A model generated the notes under the pieces. It worked only from the letters and a program-made list of their open reading frames with translations, had not been told where the DNA came from and did not search any database. The translations under genes were made by a program, and so were the position numbers. Shown piece by piece: positions 23,758 through 32,385 of a DNA stretch of 46,550 nucleotides (positions are counted from its first letter, which is position 1; the number at the start of each line of letters is the position of its first letter). Origin of the DNA: Spartobacteria bacterium (GTDB taxonomy: Bacteria > Verrucomicrobiota > Verrucomicrobiia > Chthoniobacterales > Terrimicrobiaceae); NCBI GenBank assembly GCA_947499885.1, contig CANMQB010000001.1, positions 1 through 46,550 on the forward strand, in the 5' to 3' direction.

Positions 23758-24590
23758 GCAATCAAGGGGAGGGGGATATTGTCAATGAGTCGGGCCCGGC
23801 CAAGAAAGACAGCCACTGCGAGGCGACCGATTTGTTTCCGGTTCGATAGAGGATGCAGCGTTAAGGCATCCACCGCTTCGACATAGTCAATTTGTGCGCC
23901 CGGGATTTTTTTAATCTCTGAAGTGCAATTTTTCACGATGGCATGCGGAGTTTTGAGTTTCGAGGCTTTGGTCATAGCTTCAAATAGGCGCGGGGCAAGG
24001 GTGCGTTCCGCAGGCGTGAGGTAGGCATTGCGCGAGCTGGTGGCGAGTCCGTCCACATCCCGCACCGTAGGGAAGGGCTCAATGGTAACAGGGAAAAGCA
24101 AATCGCGCACCATGCGGCGGATGATGGCAAGCTGTTGCCAGTCTTTTTCGCCGAAAACGGCATGAGTGGGTTGAGTCGCAAGAAAAAGTTTTGCAACGAC
24201 TGAGCAGACGCCTTCGAAGTGTCCGGGGCGAGAGCGTCCGCAGAGTGTCGCAGAGAGGCGAGACTCGTTCACGGTTACACTTTCATCGGTTGCATACATC
24301 TCCCCGATACTGGGAAGGAAAACGGCATCTGCTCCAGCTCGTCGAGCTATGGCGAGGTCGCTTGCAAGTGGACGTGGGTAAGCGGCGAAGTCTTCCTTGG
24401 GTCCGAACTGGGTGGGATTGACGAAGATGGAAACCGCGACCGAGCCCGAGCGTCCAGCGATGCCGCGTGCGTGACGGACGAGCGCTTCGTGCCCCTGATG
24501 AAGTGCCCCCATTGTCGGAACCAATACCACTTTGCCGTCAAGACCCGCTCGCCAGCGCCTTGAGGCTGCAATGGTCTTGAGTGTTTTCAT
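23754..24590 (-). CDS. panC: Pantoate--beta-alanine ligase
   Basis: VPTMGALHQGHEALV (HIGH-type motif) and FGEKDWQQL are present. 278 aa. Confidence 0.96.
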   Translation of the reverse strand: MKTLKTIAASRRWRAGLDGKVVLVPTMGALHQGHEALVRHARGIAGRSGSVAVSIFVNPTQFGPKEDFAAYPRPLASDLAIARRAGADAVFLPSIGEMYATDESVTVNESRLSATLCGRSRPGHFEGVCSVVAKLFLATQPTHAVFGEKDWQQLAIIRRMVRDLLFPVTIEPFPTVRDVDGLATSSRNAYLTPAERTLAPRLFEAMTKASKLKTPHAIVKNCTSEIKKIPGAQIDYVEAVDALTLHPLSNRKQIGRLAVAVFLGRARLIDNIPLPLIA

Positions 24591-24720
24591 ATGTGGTCGG
24601 ATTTTATATGTCCCAGAGACCTTCGAGCCCCTTGGTGCCAGCAGTCCATTTGCTGGAGGACCTTGGTATTAGCAGTGGGTCTTTGCCGTGACAAAAAACC
24701 TGATTAGAAGGAAAACACGC

Positions 24721-25221
24721 TCAGTTTTGAGCTGGAGCCGGGGGCTCCGAGGAGGAAACGGGAGCTGACTCTGAGTTGGTGACTTCGCTCGAAGAGGTCG
24801 CTTCTGTGGGAGCGGGAGAAGGTGCGCTTTCCGTTGTAGGCGTGGCTTCGGGAGCGGCCACGGCGGCAGGTGTTGGAGTGGCGGTGGCAACAGGTGTGGC
24901 CTCGGATGCGGGTGTGGCAGTAGCGGCGGCTGTCGGGATAGGCTCGCTGAGGAGCTTTTTTTGAACTGCTGTTTTTCCGGAATTTGCTTTTGCCGTAATG
25001 ATGGAGAGTAAAAGTGTGATCGCAAAAAAAGCTATGCCCATCCAGGTCGTGAAGCGGGCTAGCACATTAGTCGTCTGAGAACCGAAAACGTTGTCGGTGA
25101 GGCCGCCGCCAAATGCCGATCCAAGGCCTTCGCTGCGTGGGCGCTGCATGAGGACAACTAAAATCATTAACACGCAAACCAGAACGTGCAAAGCGATGAG
25201 AAGTGGCAGAATGATGGTCAT
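24721..25221 (-). CDS. secG: Preprotein translocase subunit SecG with a long low-complexity C-terminal tail
   Basis: The N-terminus ILPLLIALHVLVCVLMILVVLMQRPRSEGLGSAFGGG and a second TM helix (GIAFFAITLLLSII) match SecG. Residues ~85-166 are an A/T/P/E/S-rich extension. Confidence 0.86.
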   Translation of the reverse strand: MTIILPLLIALHVLVCVLMILVVLMQRPRSEGLGSAFGGGLTDNVFGSQTTNVLARFTTWMGIAFFAITLLLSIITAKANSGKTAVQKKLLSEPIPTAAATATPASEATPVATATPTPAAVAAPEATPTTESAPSPAPTEATSSSEVTNSESAPVSSSEPPAPAQN

Positions 25222-25271
25222 AAGAGAGCAGGGCAGGTTAGACGCGGCAGGGCATTAGTAAAGACAAGAAA

Positions 25272-25823
25272 TCAGCGGCTGGCTGGCGGCACCAGTCCAA
25301 GTTCTGAGCGGGTCCCAGCGGCTTGAATGATCATTTCTTGGAACAGCGTCGAAGCCGACTCTACTATAGGTTGGGGGCCTGTCATTTTTACGAATACATC
25401 ACCGGATTGTTCGTCAGTAAGTATAGCTCCTAGAAGAGCATATTTTTCCAAAGGTGTCGTTGGACCGCCCGGCATTCCGCTTTGAAAAGTTCCGGTTGCT
25501 TGCACGTAATAGATGCGCGTGCGGCCTTCGGTCGCCTCTCTCTGAGATGTCGGGCCTCCTTGAAACTGGCCGAACCAGCGGCTCACATTAGCTTGAACGC
25601 CGCCGCCCTGTCCGGGGCCGAAATGAAAGAAGGTGATGTCTGCTTTTTCTTGATTGGTTCCTGGAATCTCGAGTTGCGCCTTTCGCATAGTACTTGTCGG
25701 CTGTATCCAGTTCCATCCGTTTGGGCGGTTGAAGGTGAATGCTCCAATCTGAAATTCCACGGGATCGGCTGCCGCCATGGTGGCGGCCGTCGCCAAGAGT
25801 GCAAAAGCGAGGAAAAATCTCAT
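25272..25823 (-). CDS. Hypothetical secreted protein (183 aa)
   Basis: It has a signal peptide, MRFFLAFALLATAATMAAA/DP, and an ATGA overlap with the stop of the upstream FecR-domain gene. I recognise no family. Confidence 0.65.
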   Translation of the reverse strand: MRFFLAFALLATAATMAAADPVEFQIGAFTFNRPNGWNWIQPTSTMRKAQLEIPGTNQEKADITFFHFGPGQGGGVQANVSRWFGQFQGGPTSQREATEGRTRIYYVQATGTFQSGMPGGPTTPLEKYALLGAILTDEQSGDVFVKMTGPQPIVESASTLFQEMIIQAAGTRSELGLVPPASR

Positions 25824-27283
25824 CGCGGGCTTCGGACTTCCATTGGTGTTGCGCTTGGAGTAGGGGCTGGAGTGGGAGCCGGAGGAAGGGGAGGGATGGG
25901 ATTCGTTGTCGTTGGTGGCGGTGGCGACACATTGCCGTTTGTGTTGTTGGCTTGCTCAGCGGCAGTTCGAGCAGCGTCTCCAACCGCCTGTGTGTTTACA
26001 CCAGCCACTCCCTCTATGATGCTCTTTGCAATTTGGGAGGCCTGTTGAGGCTGTGCGGAGGCTACGCTTTGAGCGATGTCGGCGGCAGCTTCTGGGACGG
26101 CCATCGCCACAGCGAGAGCGATCTGCGGGGCTTGGGATGGTGCCACAGAGGCCACCGCTCCCGCGATGTCGGCAGCGGATGCAGGAACAGCCTGTGCGAC
26201 GCTTGTGGCAATAGCTGCAGCTGAAGATGGAGAAACTCTCGCTACGGAGGAGGCAATCCGTGCTGCGAGTGTTGGAGATACCAATGCAGCCGCTGATGCA
26301 ATTTGAGGAGCGGCTTCGGGGGCTAATTCCGAAGCGGCCGCTGCAATCTCTGCGGCAGCGAGAGGAGACTCAGTAGTCAGTTTTGTAACGGCCTCAATCA
26401 GTGCAGGGTCCCCATTTTCAGCAGCTTCTTGAAGGGTCTTCTGTTGTGCGGGAGAGAGCGCGTCGGATGCTGACTCACGATTTTGTGCGGCCGTCACTAA
26501 AGCCTGACTAAAAACAGCCTCTCCACCCGATCTCTGGGTGGTAACCGAGGAAAGAATGGTGCTTCCCGCTTCCGCCGAGAGTTGGCCCGTGGTGGGTGGG
26601 GGGATTTCTCCTGACTGAGCTGCCTGAGAGGATGGCATTGAGACGTTGGAGGATGTTCCTGCTGGCACAGAAACCGTTTGGGTGCTTCCTGCAGAGCGAA
26701 CTCCGACCTCTCCTGAGGCTACGCCAACGCTGAAGCTGTTCGGCGTGCCATTTGAGTTCTTGCTGGCGCTGGCTTTAAAATCTGTGCCCCGGATGCCTGC
26801 GGAACCCAGTGGTGTAGTCACATCAAAGCTCGAACCGGGTTTGAGCTTTTTAACGCCCGTGATGATGTCGCCATATTCTAAGAACGCGGTGGTCTTGGAT
26901 TGAGAGGGTTCAGTTTTCATCTCCTTGAGGTTTTCTGGGGAGACATCCCACGGACTCTGCTGAAATTCCTGAATCACAAATTTGGAGGAAGCTGAGACTT
27001 CCATGACAATACCATTCTCGTAGGCCAGCAGTGCTTTTGAGTTTGGACCTGTGACGATAACTTGACCTTGTTTGAGTGTTGCTCCCTTGGAGGGTGTGTG
27101 GGTCTCGTTGCTTGATGTTGTTGTGATTTTCACATCACCCGCGAAGGCTGTCAGCACGATGATACCGGGCTTCATTTTTGAGTCGGCAGCTTGTTGGGCT
27201 GCTGCGATGCCAACTGATAACAAAAGCAGAATGGCTATTAGTGGCAGGTTTAGAGTGTTTTGGAGGATAGCTGAATATCTCAT
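25820..27283 (-). CDS. FecR-domain envelope protein with an Ala-rich tandem-repeat region and a Pro-rich C-terminus
   Basis: A signal or anchor sequence (NLPLIAILLLLSVGIAAA) is followed by the FecR-like pattern GDVKITT...GATLKQGQVIVTGPNSKALLAYENGIVMEVSASSKFVI and FDVTTPLGSAGIRGTDF. After that come 15-residue repeats and the tail PPPPTTTNPIPPLPPAPTPAPTPS. The ATG at 27283 is preferred to the TTG at 27334. Confidence 0.72.
   Translation of the reverse strand: MRYSAILQNTLNLPLIAILLLLSVGIAAAQQAADSKMKPGIIVLTAFAGDVKITTTSSNETHTPSKGATLKQGQVIVTGPNSKALLAYENGIVMEVSASSKFVIQEFQQSPWDVSPENLKEMKTEPSQSKTTAFLEYGDIITGVKKLKPGSSFDVTTPLGSAGIRGTDFKASASKNSNGTPNSFSVGVASGEVGVRSAGSTQTVSVPAGTSSNVSMPSSQAAQSGEIPPPTTGQLSAEAGSTILSSVTTQRSGGEAVFSQALVTAAQNRESASDALSPAQQKTLQEAAENGDPALIEAVTKLTTESPLAAAEIAAAASELAPEAAPQIASAAALVSPTLAARIASSVARVSPSSAAAIATSVAQAVPASAADIAGAVASVAPSQAPQIALAVAMAVPEAAADIAQSVASAQPQQASQIAKSIIEGVAGVNTQAVGDAARTAAEQANNTNGNVSPPPPTTTNPIPPLPPAPTPAPTPSATPMEVRSPR
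26015..26374 (-). repeat. About eight tandem 15-residue (45-bp) degenerate coding repeats inside the FecR-domain gene
   Basis: The translated units share the period x-(V/A)-x-P-x-x-A-x-x-I-A-x-x-V-A. They read ELAPEAAPQIASAAA / LVSPTLAARIASSVA / RVSPSSAAAIATSVA / QAVPASAADIAGAVA / SVAPSQAPQIALAVA / MAVPEAAADIAQSVA / SAQPQQASQIAKSII, plus flanking partial units. Confidence 0.75.
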
Positions 27284-27424
27284 AAAGAATCGTTTGTGCT
27301 CCTTATGCCTAATCCTCCGCCCGGCGTCCGACAAGGTAAAACGTACTGCAAAAAAGTCCCGGTCGCCTCGTCTCCAAATTATTCATTTCGCAATCGATCA
27401 GCGTTTGTGTTTACTGGATCTTTT

Positions 27425-28342
27425 ATGGAAAAAGTCATCATTGTGGGGACCGGTTGTGCTGGTCTCACCGCTGCCATTTACACTGCAAGAGCCAATCTTT
27501 CTCCGCTTGTTCTCGAAGGACGCATGCCTGGCGGACAGCTCACCACCACAACGGCGGTGGAAAATTTTCCCGGCTTTCCAGATGGGGTGGACGGGCCGGA
27601 ATTGATTCAACGGATGCACCAGCAGGCGGAAAAATTTGGCGCCCGCTGGAAATATGGCGTTGTGGAAGATTTTGAGCCTGGCACCCCGCATCGTCTCAAA
27701 GTGGACGGCCTCTGGATGGAATCCCAGTCGATCATTATCGCCAGCGGAGCCTCGCCGCGCTACATCGGCATTGAAGGTGAGGAGGTCCTCATCGGACATG
27801 GCCTTACCTCCTGCGCAACTTGTGACGGAGCTTTTTACCGCAATGTTCCTGTCTGCGTTGTGGGTGGAGGCGATTCCGCTTGTGAAGAGGCCACATTCCT
27901 CACGCGATTTGCCTCCGAAGTTTATCTGATCCATCGTCGCGACAGCCTGCGTGCCTCGAAAATCATGGCGGACCGAGCGCTAGCAAATCCTAAAATCAAA
28001 CCAATTTGGAACTCCACCGTCACTGGCTATCTCACCGATGAGGCCGGCGAAGTGAGCGGTGTGCATCTCAAAAATTTGCTGGATGGGACGACCTCCCAAC
28101 TGGCTCTCAAGTGCGTTTTTGTGGCCATCGGACACGAGCCAAATACCGCCCCATTTCGGCGGAGTCTCACCACGGATTCGAATGGTTACCTTGTGCAAGT
28201 TGGCGGTACCCGCACCAACATTCCTGGGGTTTTTGCAGCGGGCGACGTCGCTGACCATGTCTATCGTCAAGCCATCACGGCTGCGGGGCAGGGGTGCGCG
28301 GCGGCCATCGAGGCAGAACGTTGGATGGCAGATTTTGAGTAA
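27425..28342 (+). CDS. trxB: Thioredoxin-disulfide reductase
   Basis: The FAD motif is IIVGTGCAGLTAAIY, the redox-active CATCDG is present, the NADPH motif is VVGGGDSACEEA, and GVFAAGDV follows. The ATG at 27425 is used, because the longer ORF has no homology-like N-terminus. Confidence 0.96.
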   Translation: MEKVIIVGTGCAGLTAAIYTARANLSPLVLEGRMPGGQLTTTTAVENFPGFPDGVDGPELIQRMHQQAEKFGARWKYGVVEDFEPGTPHRLKVDGLWMESQSIIIASGASPRYIGIEGEEVLIGHGLTSCATCDGAFYRNVPVCVVGGGDSACEEATFLTRFASEVYLIHRRDSLRASKIMADRALANPKIKPIWNSTVTGYLTDEAGEVSGVHLKNLLDGTTSQLALKCVFVAIGHEPNTAPFRRSLTTDSNGYLVQVGGTRTNIPGVFAAGDVADHVYRQAITAAGQGCAAAIEAERWMADFE

Positions 28343-28354
28343 ATTCCTGCGCCT

Positions 28355-29527
28355 TTGAAAATTTGCGATCTCACGCAGTTTTACTCCCCTGTCAGTGGGG
28401 GAGTTCGCCGTTACATCGAGCAGAAGAGTTCATTCATCCGGCGTCACAAGCCAGGGTGGAGGCATGTGATCATCGTTCCTGGCGAAAAAACCGCTTCCAC
28501 TGAAGATGGACCTGTTCGCCAGTACACGATCGCTTCTCAGCTTCTCTCTCGCACATCTCGCTACCGTGCTCTCACGAAGCTTCACCTCGTAGAGGAGGTT
28601 CTTGAAAAGGAAAGGCCCGATATCATCGAGTCTGGCGATCCGTATCAGGTCGCTTGGAAGGCCATCGCATCAGGACGTGGCCTAGACATTCCTGTTGTCG
28701 GTTTCTATCACTCGCACTTTTCCGAATCCCTTCTCCGAACGGTCTCAAAGTTCATGGGCCCGCTTGCCGTCTCGATCGCAGAGGAGACGTGTCGCAAGTA
28801 CGTCGCAACACTTTACAATCGTTTTGAATGCACATTTGTCCCCAGCCCGATTCTTGCAAGGCTCCTCAATGAGTGGGGGGTTGAGAATACGCACACAGTA
28901 GATCTCGGCGTGGACGACGAGGTCTTCCGTCCGGATTTTGCCGACCGAGCTGCCACGCGTATTCGCTTGGGAATTCCAAGCCAGGCCCGTCTGCTCTTGT
29001 ATGTTGGACGGCTCGCCACGGAGAAAAATGTTCGCACTCTCTTCGAGGCCTATTCGATCCTTTGCTCGACTTCGCGAGAGCACTACGCATTGCTTTGTCT
29101 TGGCGATGGTACTCAGCGGGCCTCACTGATCGATCTTCAAAAACAAACCGATGGCGTTCATTGGATGCCATATTGCGCTAACCCTGCGGAACTCGCTCAA
29201 ATCTACCGCTCCGCCGATCTTTTTGTGCATCCTGGCGTGCAGGAAACATTCGGCCTCGTGGCGCTTGAGAGTCAGGCCTGCGGCACGCCCGTGGTAGGGA
29301 TCAAAGGAAGTTACATGGATCGCATCATTTTTTCCGATCAGAATCAGTGGGCTACTGAGAACTCACCTGCCGCCCTTGCCGAAGCCATCGAACGGAAATT
29401 CCAGACCGACCTTAGCACGGCAGGCCTCCATGCGAGCGAGGAGGCTCGTGGACGATATGCATGGAACAACGTTTTCTCCCGACTCATGGATATTTATTCC
29501 GATGTCGTGGGGCGTTACTCGCCTTGA
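28355..29527 (+). CDS. Glycosyltransferase family 4 (GT-B, GT1-type C-terminal domain)
   Basis: The N-terminus MKICDLTQFYSPVSGGVRRY matches the family. The C-terminal E-x7-E region is FVHPGVQETFGLVALESQACGTPVV. The start codon is TTG, with no nearby ATG. Confidence 0.85.
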   Translation: MKICDLTQFYSPVSGGVRRYIEQKSSFIRRHKPGWRHVIIVPGEKTASTEDGPVRQYTIASQLLSRTSRYRALTKLHLVEEVLEKERPDIIESGDPYQVAWKAIASGRGLDIPVVGFYHSHFSESLLRTVSKFMGPLAVSIAEETCRKYVATLYNRFECTFVPSPILARLLNEWGVENTHTVDLGVDDEVFRPDFADRAATRIRLGIPSQARLLLYVGRLATEKNVRTLFEAYSILCSTSREHYALLCLGDGTQRASLIDLQKQTDGVHWMPYCANPAELAQIYRSADLFVHPGVQETFGLVALESQACGTPVVGIKGSYMDRIIFSDQNQWATENSPAALAEAIERKFQTDLSTAGLHASEEARGRYAWNNVFSRLMDIYSDVVGRYSP

Positions 29528-29571
29528 AAAATCCGTGGCGCGGCGGAGAAAAAAGTTTAACCTCTCCGACG

Positions 29572-30105
29572 ATGACCATATCGCCACAAATCACGATGAG
29601 GGACTTGCTCGCGCAATGTCCCGGCGCGCAGAGAGCCCTCTTCCGGCATTATCACATTGGTGGGTGCGCGAGTTGTGGATTTCAGCCTGAGGAGACCCTC
29701 GAAGGTGTCTGCGCCAGAAATGAGGGGATCGATCCTCAGGATGCCATCGCACGCATTCTTGAGTCCCACGAGGCGGACGAGGCAGTTTTTATCGCTCCCA
29801 CTGAGGCCGATTCCAACGTGAGAAATGCTGGCGCCCGACTTCTTGATATTCGGACAAGGGAGGAATTTGACGCCGTTCATATCCCGGGGTCCCAATTCAT
29901 GGGGCAGGATTTTTTACAAGATGTGATGGGGACATGGCCTAAGGACACACCGATTGTCATTGTGGACCATACTGGCTCGCGCTGCCTCGATGCTGCGGCC
30001 TATTTTACCGGCCATGCCTTCACCAACATTCGTGCTCTCCGTGGGGGTATTGATGCCTGGAGTTGCGAGGTCGACCCTACTTTGCCACGCTATACTACGG
30101 AATGA
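29572..30105 (+). CDS. DUF1858 (hybrid-cluster-protein-associated redox disulfide domain) fused to a rhodanese-like domain
   Basis: The N-terminal domain is ITMRDLLAQCPGAQRALFRHYHIGGCASCGF. The C-terminal rhodanese region is LLDIRTREEFDAVHIPGS...VIVDHTGSRCLDAAAYF...LRGGIDAW, with an active-site-loop Cys. The ATG at 29572 is used. Confidence 0.8.
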   Translation: MTISPQITMRDLLAQCPGAQRALFRHYHIGGCASCGFQPEETLEGVCARNEGIDPQDAIARILESHEADEAVFIAPTEADSNVRNAGARLLDIRTREEFDAVHIPGSQFMGQDFLQDVMGTWPKDTPIVIVDHTGSRCLDAAAYFTGHAFTNIRALRGGIDAWSCEVDPTLPRYTTE

Positions 30106-30551
30106 ATACTCAGCAAAAAATTGACGAGGCCATACGCAATCCCAAGAATCTTGGTGAGATGAGCGGGGCTGACGTTGTGGGAACTGCGGGGAGCTCCGAT
30201 TGTGGGGACATGCTGCGCCTGTGGATTAAGTTCCGTGAGGATGGGGGCAAGCGCGTCATCGACAGAGCCACTTTCCAGTCCTTCGGTTGCCAAACTGCCA
30301 TTGCTGTTGCCAGCATGGCTACCGAACTCATCAAGGGTAAAACAGCCCAAGAAGCACTCGCGCTTTCTGGTGAAGCCCTCTCCGAACCTCTTGGTCCCCT
30401 CCCGCCAATGAAGATTCATTGCGCCCAACTTGTGGAGGGGGCGCTTAAAAATGCCCTCACCGGCGAGATTGCCCCTCTGCCCGGAGCGTCTGGAGCAAAC
30501 CTCTCGGATAGTCTTCAATCCCAAGGCGCAGTGAAAATCAACTTCCGCTAG
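30102..30551 (+). CDS. IscU/NifU N-terminal-domain Fe-S cluster scaffold protein
   Basis: The three scaffold cysteines sit in the expected contexts (SSDCGDML, FQSFGCQTAIA, KIHCAQL). The ATG at 30102 overlaps the upstream stop (ATGA). Confidence 0.86.
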   Translation: MNTQQKIDEAIRNPKNLGEMSGADVVGTAGSSDCGDMLRLWIKFREDGGKRVIDRATFQSFGCQTAIAVASMATELIKGKTAQEALALSGEALSEPLGPLPPMKIHCAQLVEGALKNALTGEIAPLPGASGANLSDSLQSQGAVKINFR

Positions 30552-30650
30552 GTGAGGCCTGGCACTGCTGCCAGCTTGGAATCCTGACGTCTTTTTTTGC
30601 GGAGCTGTGATTGCGGTGAATGTCGGGGCGCTCTAGAGTCTCATTCCTCG

Positions 30651-31736
30651 ATGGTTCCACACCTCTACGTTCACATTCCATTCTGTCCGAAGGTCTGCCC
30701 CTATTGCAGTTTTTATAAAGAAGCCAGTGATCGGAATAAAACTCAGGCCTTCTTGGATGCTGTGCTGGCGGAGGCGGAATATGAGTCCGAGGGACTGAGG
30801 CCGAGAACCATCTTTTTTGGAGGAGGAACTCCAACGGCTCTTTCCACGTCGCAGTTAAAATTTCTCATCACGGGGCTCCAATCGCGGATTGATTTCTCCG
30901 CTGTGGAAGAGTTCACCATTGAGATGAATCCCGCTACCGTTTCACACGAAAAAGCAGAGCTCCTTCTAACCTTGGGCGTAAACCGTGTGAGCATGGGAGT
31001 TCAGTCATGGGACGAGGAGTTGTTAAAAACTCTCGGTCGTGTTCACTCGGGAGCGCAAGCTGCGCGGAGCTACGCGATTCTACGCGAGGTCGGTGTGCAA
31101 AATGTGAATCTGGATTTGATTTTCGGCATTCCCGGGCAAACCCCTAGTCAGTGGACCGAGTCGCTGAGCCGGACCGTCGAGCTCTCACCCGACCATATCT
31201 CCGCGTATTGCCTCACTTACGAGGAGGACACGGAATTCTTTGAACGTTTTCAGCGCGGCGAGATGGGCCCCCAAGAGGATCGCGATGCGGATTTTTTTGA
31301 GACGGCCATGAGTGAGCTCGAGTTGTCTGGATATTCACAATACGAAATTTCGAACTACGCTCTGCCGGGTCGGGAGTGCCTGCACAATCTCGGCTACTGG
31401 CGTGGATCTGATTATGCTGGCTTGGGCCCCAGTGCGTTCTCCACACGTTTGGGGTGGAGGCGGCGCAATGTGGCCGACACGGCAGAATACACGCTCAGAT
31501 TGCTGGAGGGGCGAGATCGTTTTGATTTTGTCGAGCGCATTGATGAAGCCACTCGCCGAGCTGAGCTAATCGCCTTCTCGCTACGTACAAACGACGGTAT
31601 TTCTGAGCAGATGCTTCCCCAAAATCAAGCCGCTGCACTGATTCAAAATGGTCTAGCGATACATAGCGAGGGACGAGTTTTTCTGACCCGCGAGGGCAAG
31701 CTTCTTGCCGATGGAATCGCCGCTGAGTTGATCTGA
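30651..31736 (+). CDS. hemW: Radical SAM family heme chaperone HemW (HemN-like, oxygen-independent coproporphyrinogen oxidase family)
   Basis: LYVHIPFCPKVCPYCSFY (CxxxCxxC), FFGGGTP and RVSMGVQS are present, followed by a HemN_C-like C-terminus. The ATG at 30651 is used, since the ORF-track start is TTG. Confidence 0.9.
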   Translation: MVPHLYVHIPFCPKVCPYCSFYKEASDRNKTQAFLDAVLAEAEYESEGLRPRTIFFGGGTPTALSTSQLKFLITGLQSRIDFSAVEEFTIEMNPATVSHEKAELLLTLGVNRVSMGVQSWDEELLKTLGRVHSGAQAARSYAILREVGVQNVNLDLIFGIPGQTPSQWTESLSRTVELSPDHISAYCLTYEEDTEFFERFQRGEMGPQEDRDADFFETAMSELELSGYSQYEISNYALPGRECLHNLGYWRGSDYAGLGPSAFSTRLGWRRRNVADTAEYTLRLLEGRDRFDFVERIDEATRRAELIAFSLRTNDGISEQMLPQNQAAALIQNGLAIHSEGRVFLTREGKLLADGIAAELI

Positions 31737-31753
31737 TGCGCTGGGGGAGAGCC

Positions 31754-32209
31754 TCAGAGCACCTTTAGAAGCTCTACTTCAAAAATGAGAGTTTCATCAG
31801 GTCCGATCAAACCACCGGCTCCACGTGAACCATAGGCAAGATTCGATGGGATGAAGAGTTTGATTTTTCCACCCTCCTTGATGAGTTGAAGGCCTTCAGT
31901 CCAGCCTTTGATGACTCCATTGAGAGGAAATTCGATAGGCTTATTGCTCTTGTAGGAACTATCGAATTCCGTGCCGTTTAAAAGCGTGCCTCGGTAGTTG
32001 ACTTTTACGGAATCCGTCGCCTTCGGGCTGCGGCCTTCGCCGGGATTGATGATGACGTATTGCAAGCCGCTGGACGTCTGTTTGACGCCGGGTTGGGTTG
32101 CATTTTCGGCCAGGAAAGCCTGACCCGTTTGGAGTGCGGATTGTGCCATGGTGGTGTGGGTGAAAAACAATGTGGCCATTGCAGCCAAGGTGAGCATGCG
32201 CTTGATCAT
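31754..32209 (-). CDS. FKBP-type peptidyl-prolyl cis-trans isomerase, secreted
   Basis: The signal peptide is MIKRMLTLAAMATLFFTHTTMAQS. The FKBP core is VNYRGTLLNGTEFDSS...GVIKGWTEGLQLIKEGGKIKLFIPSNLAYG...LIFEVELL. Confidence 0.9.
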   Translation of the reverse strand: MIKRMLTLAAMATLFFTHTTMAQSALQTGQAFLAENATQPGVKQTSSGLQYVIINPGEGRSPKATDSVKVNYRGTLLNGTEFDSSYKSNKPIEFPLNGVIKGWTEGLQLIKEGGKIKLFIPSNLAYGSRGAGGLIGPDETLIFEVELLKVL

Positions 32210-32385
32210 GGCCGAACCTTACGCGCTCGGAGCGGATCTGGCAAACATGAAGGCACTTGGCGATCGAATCGAGAAACGGATAGGGTTCCAGAGTCATGAA
32301 TCACGCTGAGCGAAGCGCTCCCAATTCCAAACGAGTAAAGAAAAAATCCCTATCATCTCAAGTTGTATCGCTGATTTGAGAGGAA

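Noticed and set aside
24591-24720. 130-bp spacer between secG and panC, with a CCAGCA-N7-TGCTGG hairpin and a repeated CCTTGGT, considered as a small RNA such as SRP RNA or a riboswitch.
   Set aside because: It has no match to conserved SRP, 6S, tmRNA or riboswitch core motifs that I can recall. The structures are short and compatible with a simple secG 3' UTR or panC promoter region.
27398-27934. 178-aa ORF on the minus strand.
   Set aside because: It is antisense to trxB, whose FAD, NADPH and CATC motifs are unequivocal.
30559-30598. Candidate terminator after the IscU-like gene: CTGGCA-CTGC-TGCCAG hairpin followed by a T7 run.
   Set aside because: The stem is only 6 bp, and the T run starts 17 nt after the stem rather than abutting it. 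hemW follows closely and is probably co-transcribed.
32208-32309. 33-codon ORF (MAEPYALGADLANMKALGDRIEKRIGFQSHESR) in the gap between the FKBP gene and the chaA pseudogene.
   Set aside because: It is too short to evaluate. Its ATG overlaps the divergent FKBP start codon, it has no visible ribosome-binding site, and I see no recognisable family. It could be a gene remnant, but I cannot support it.
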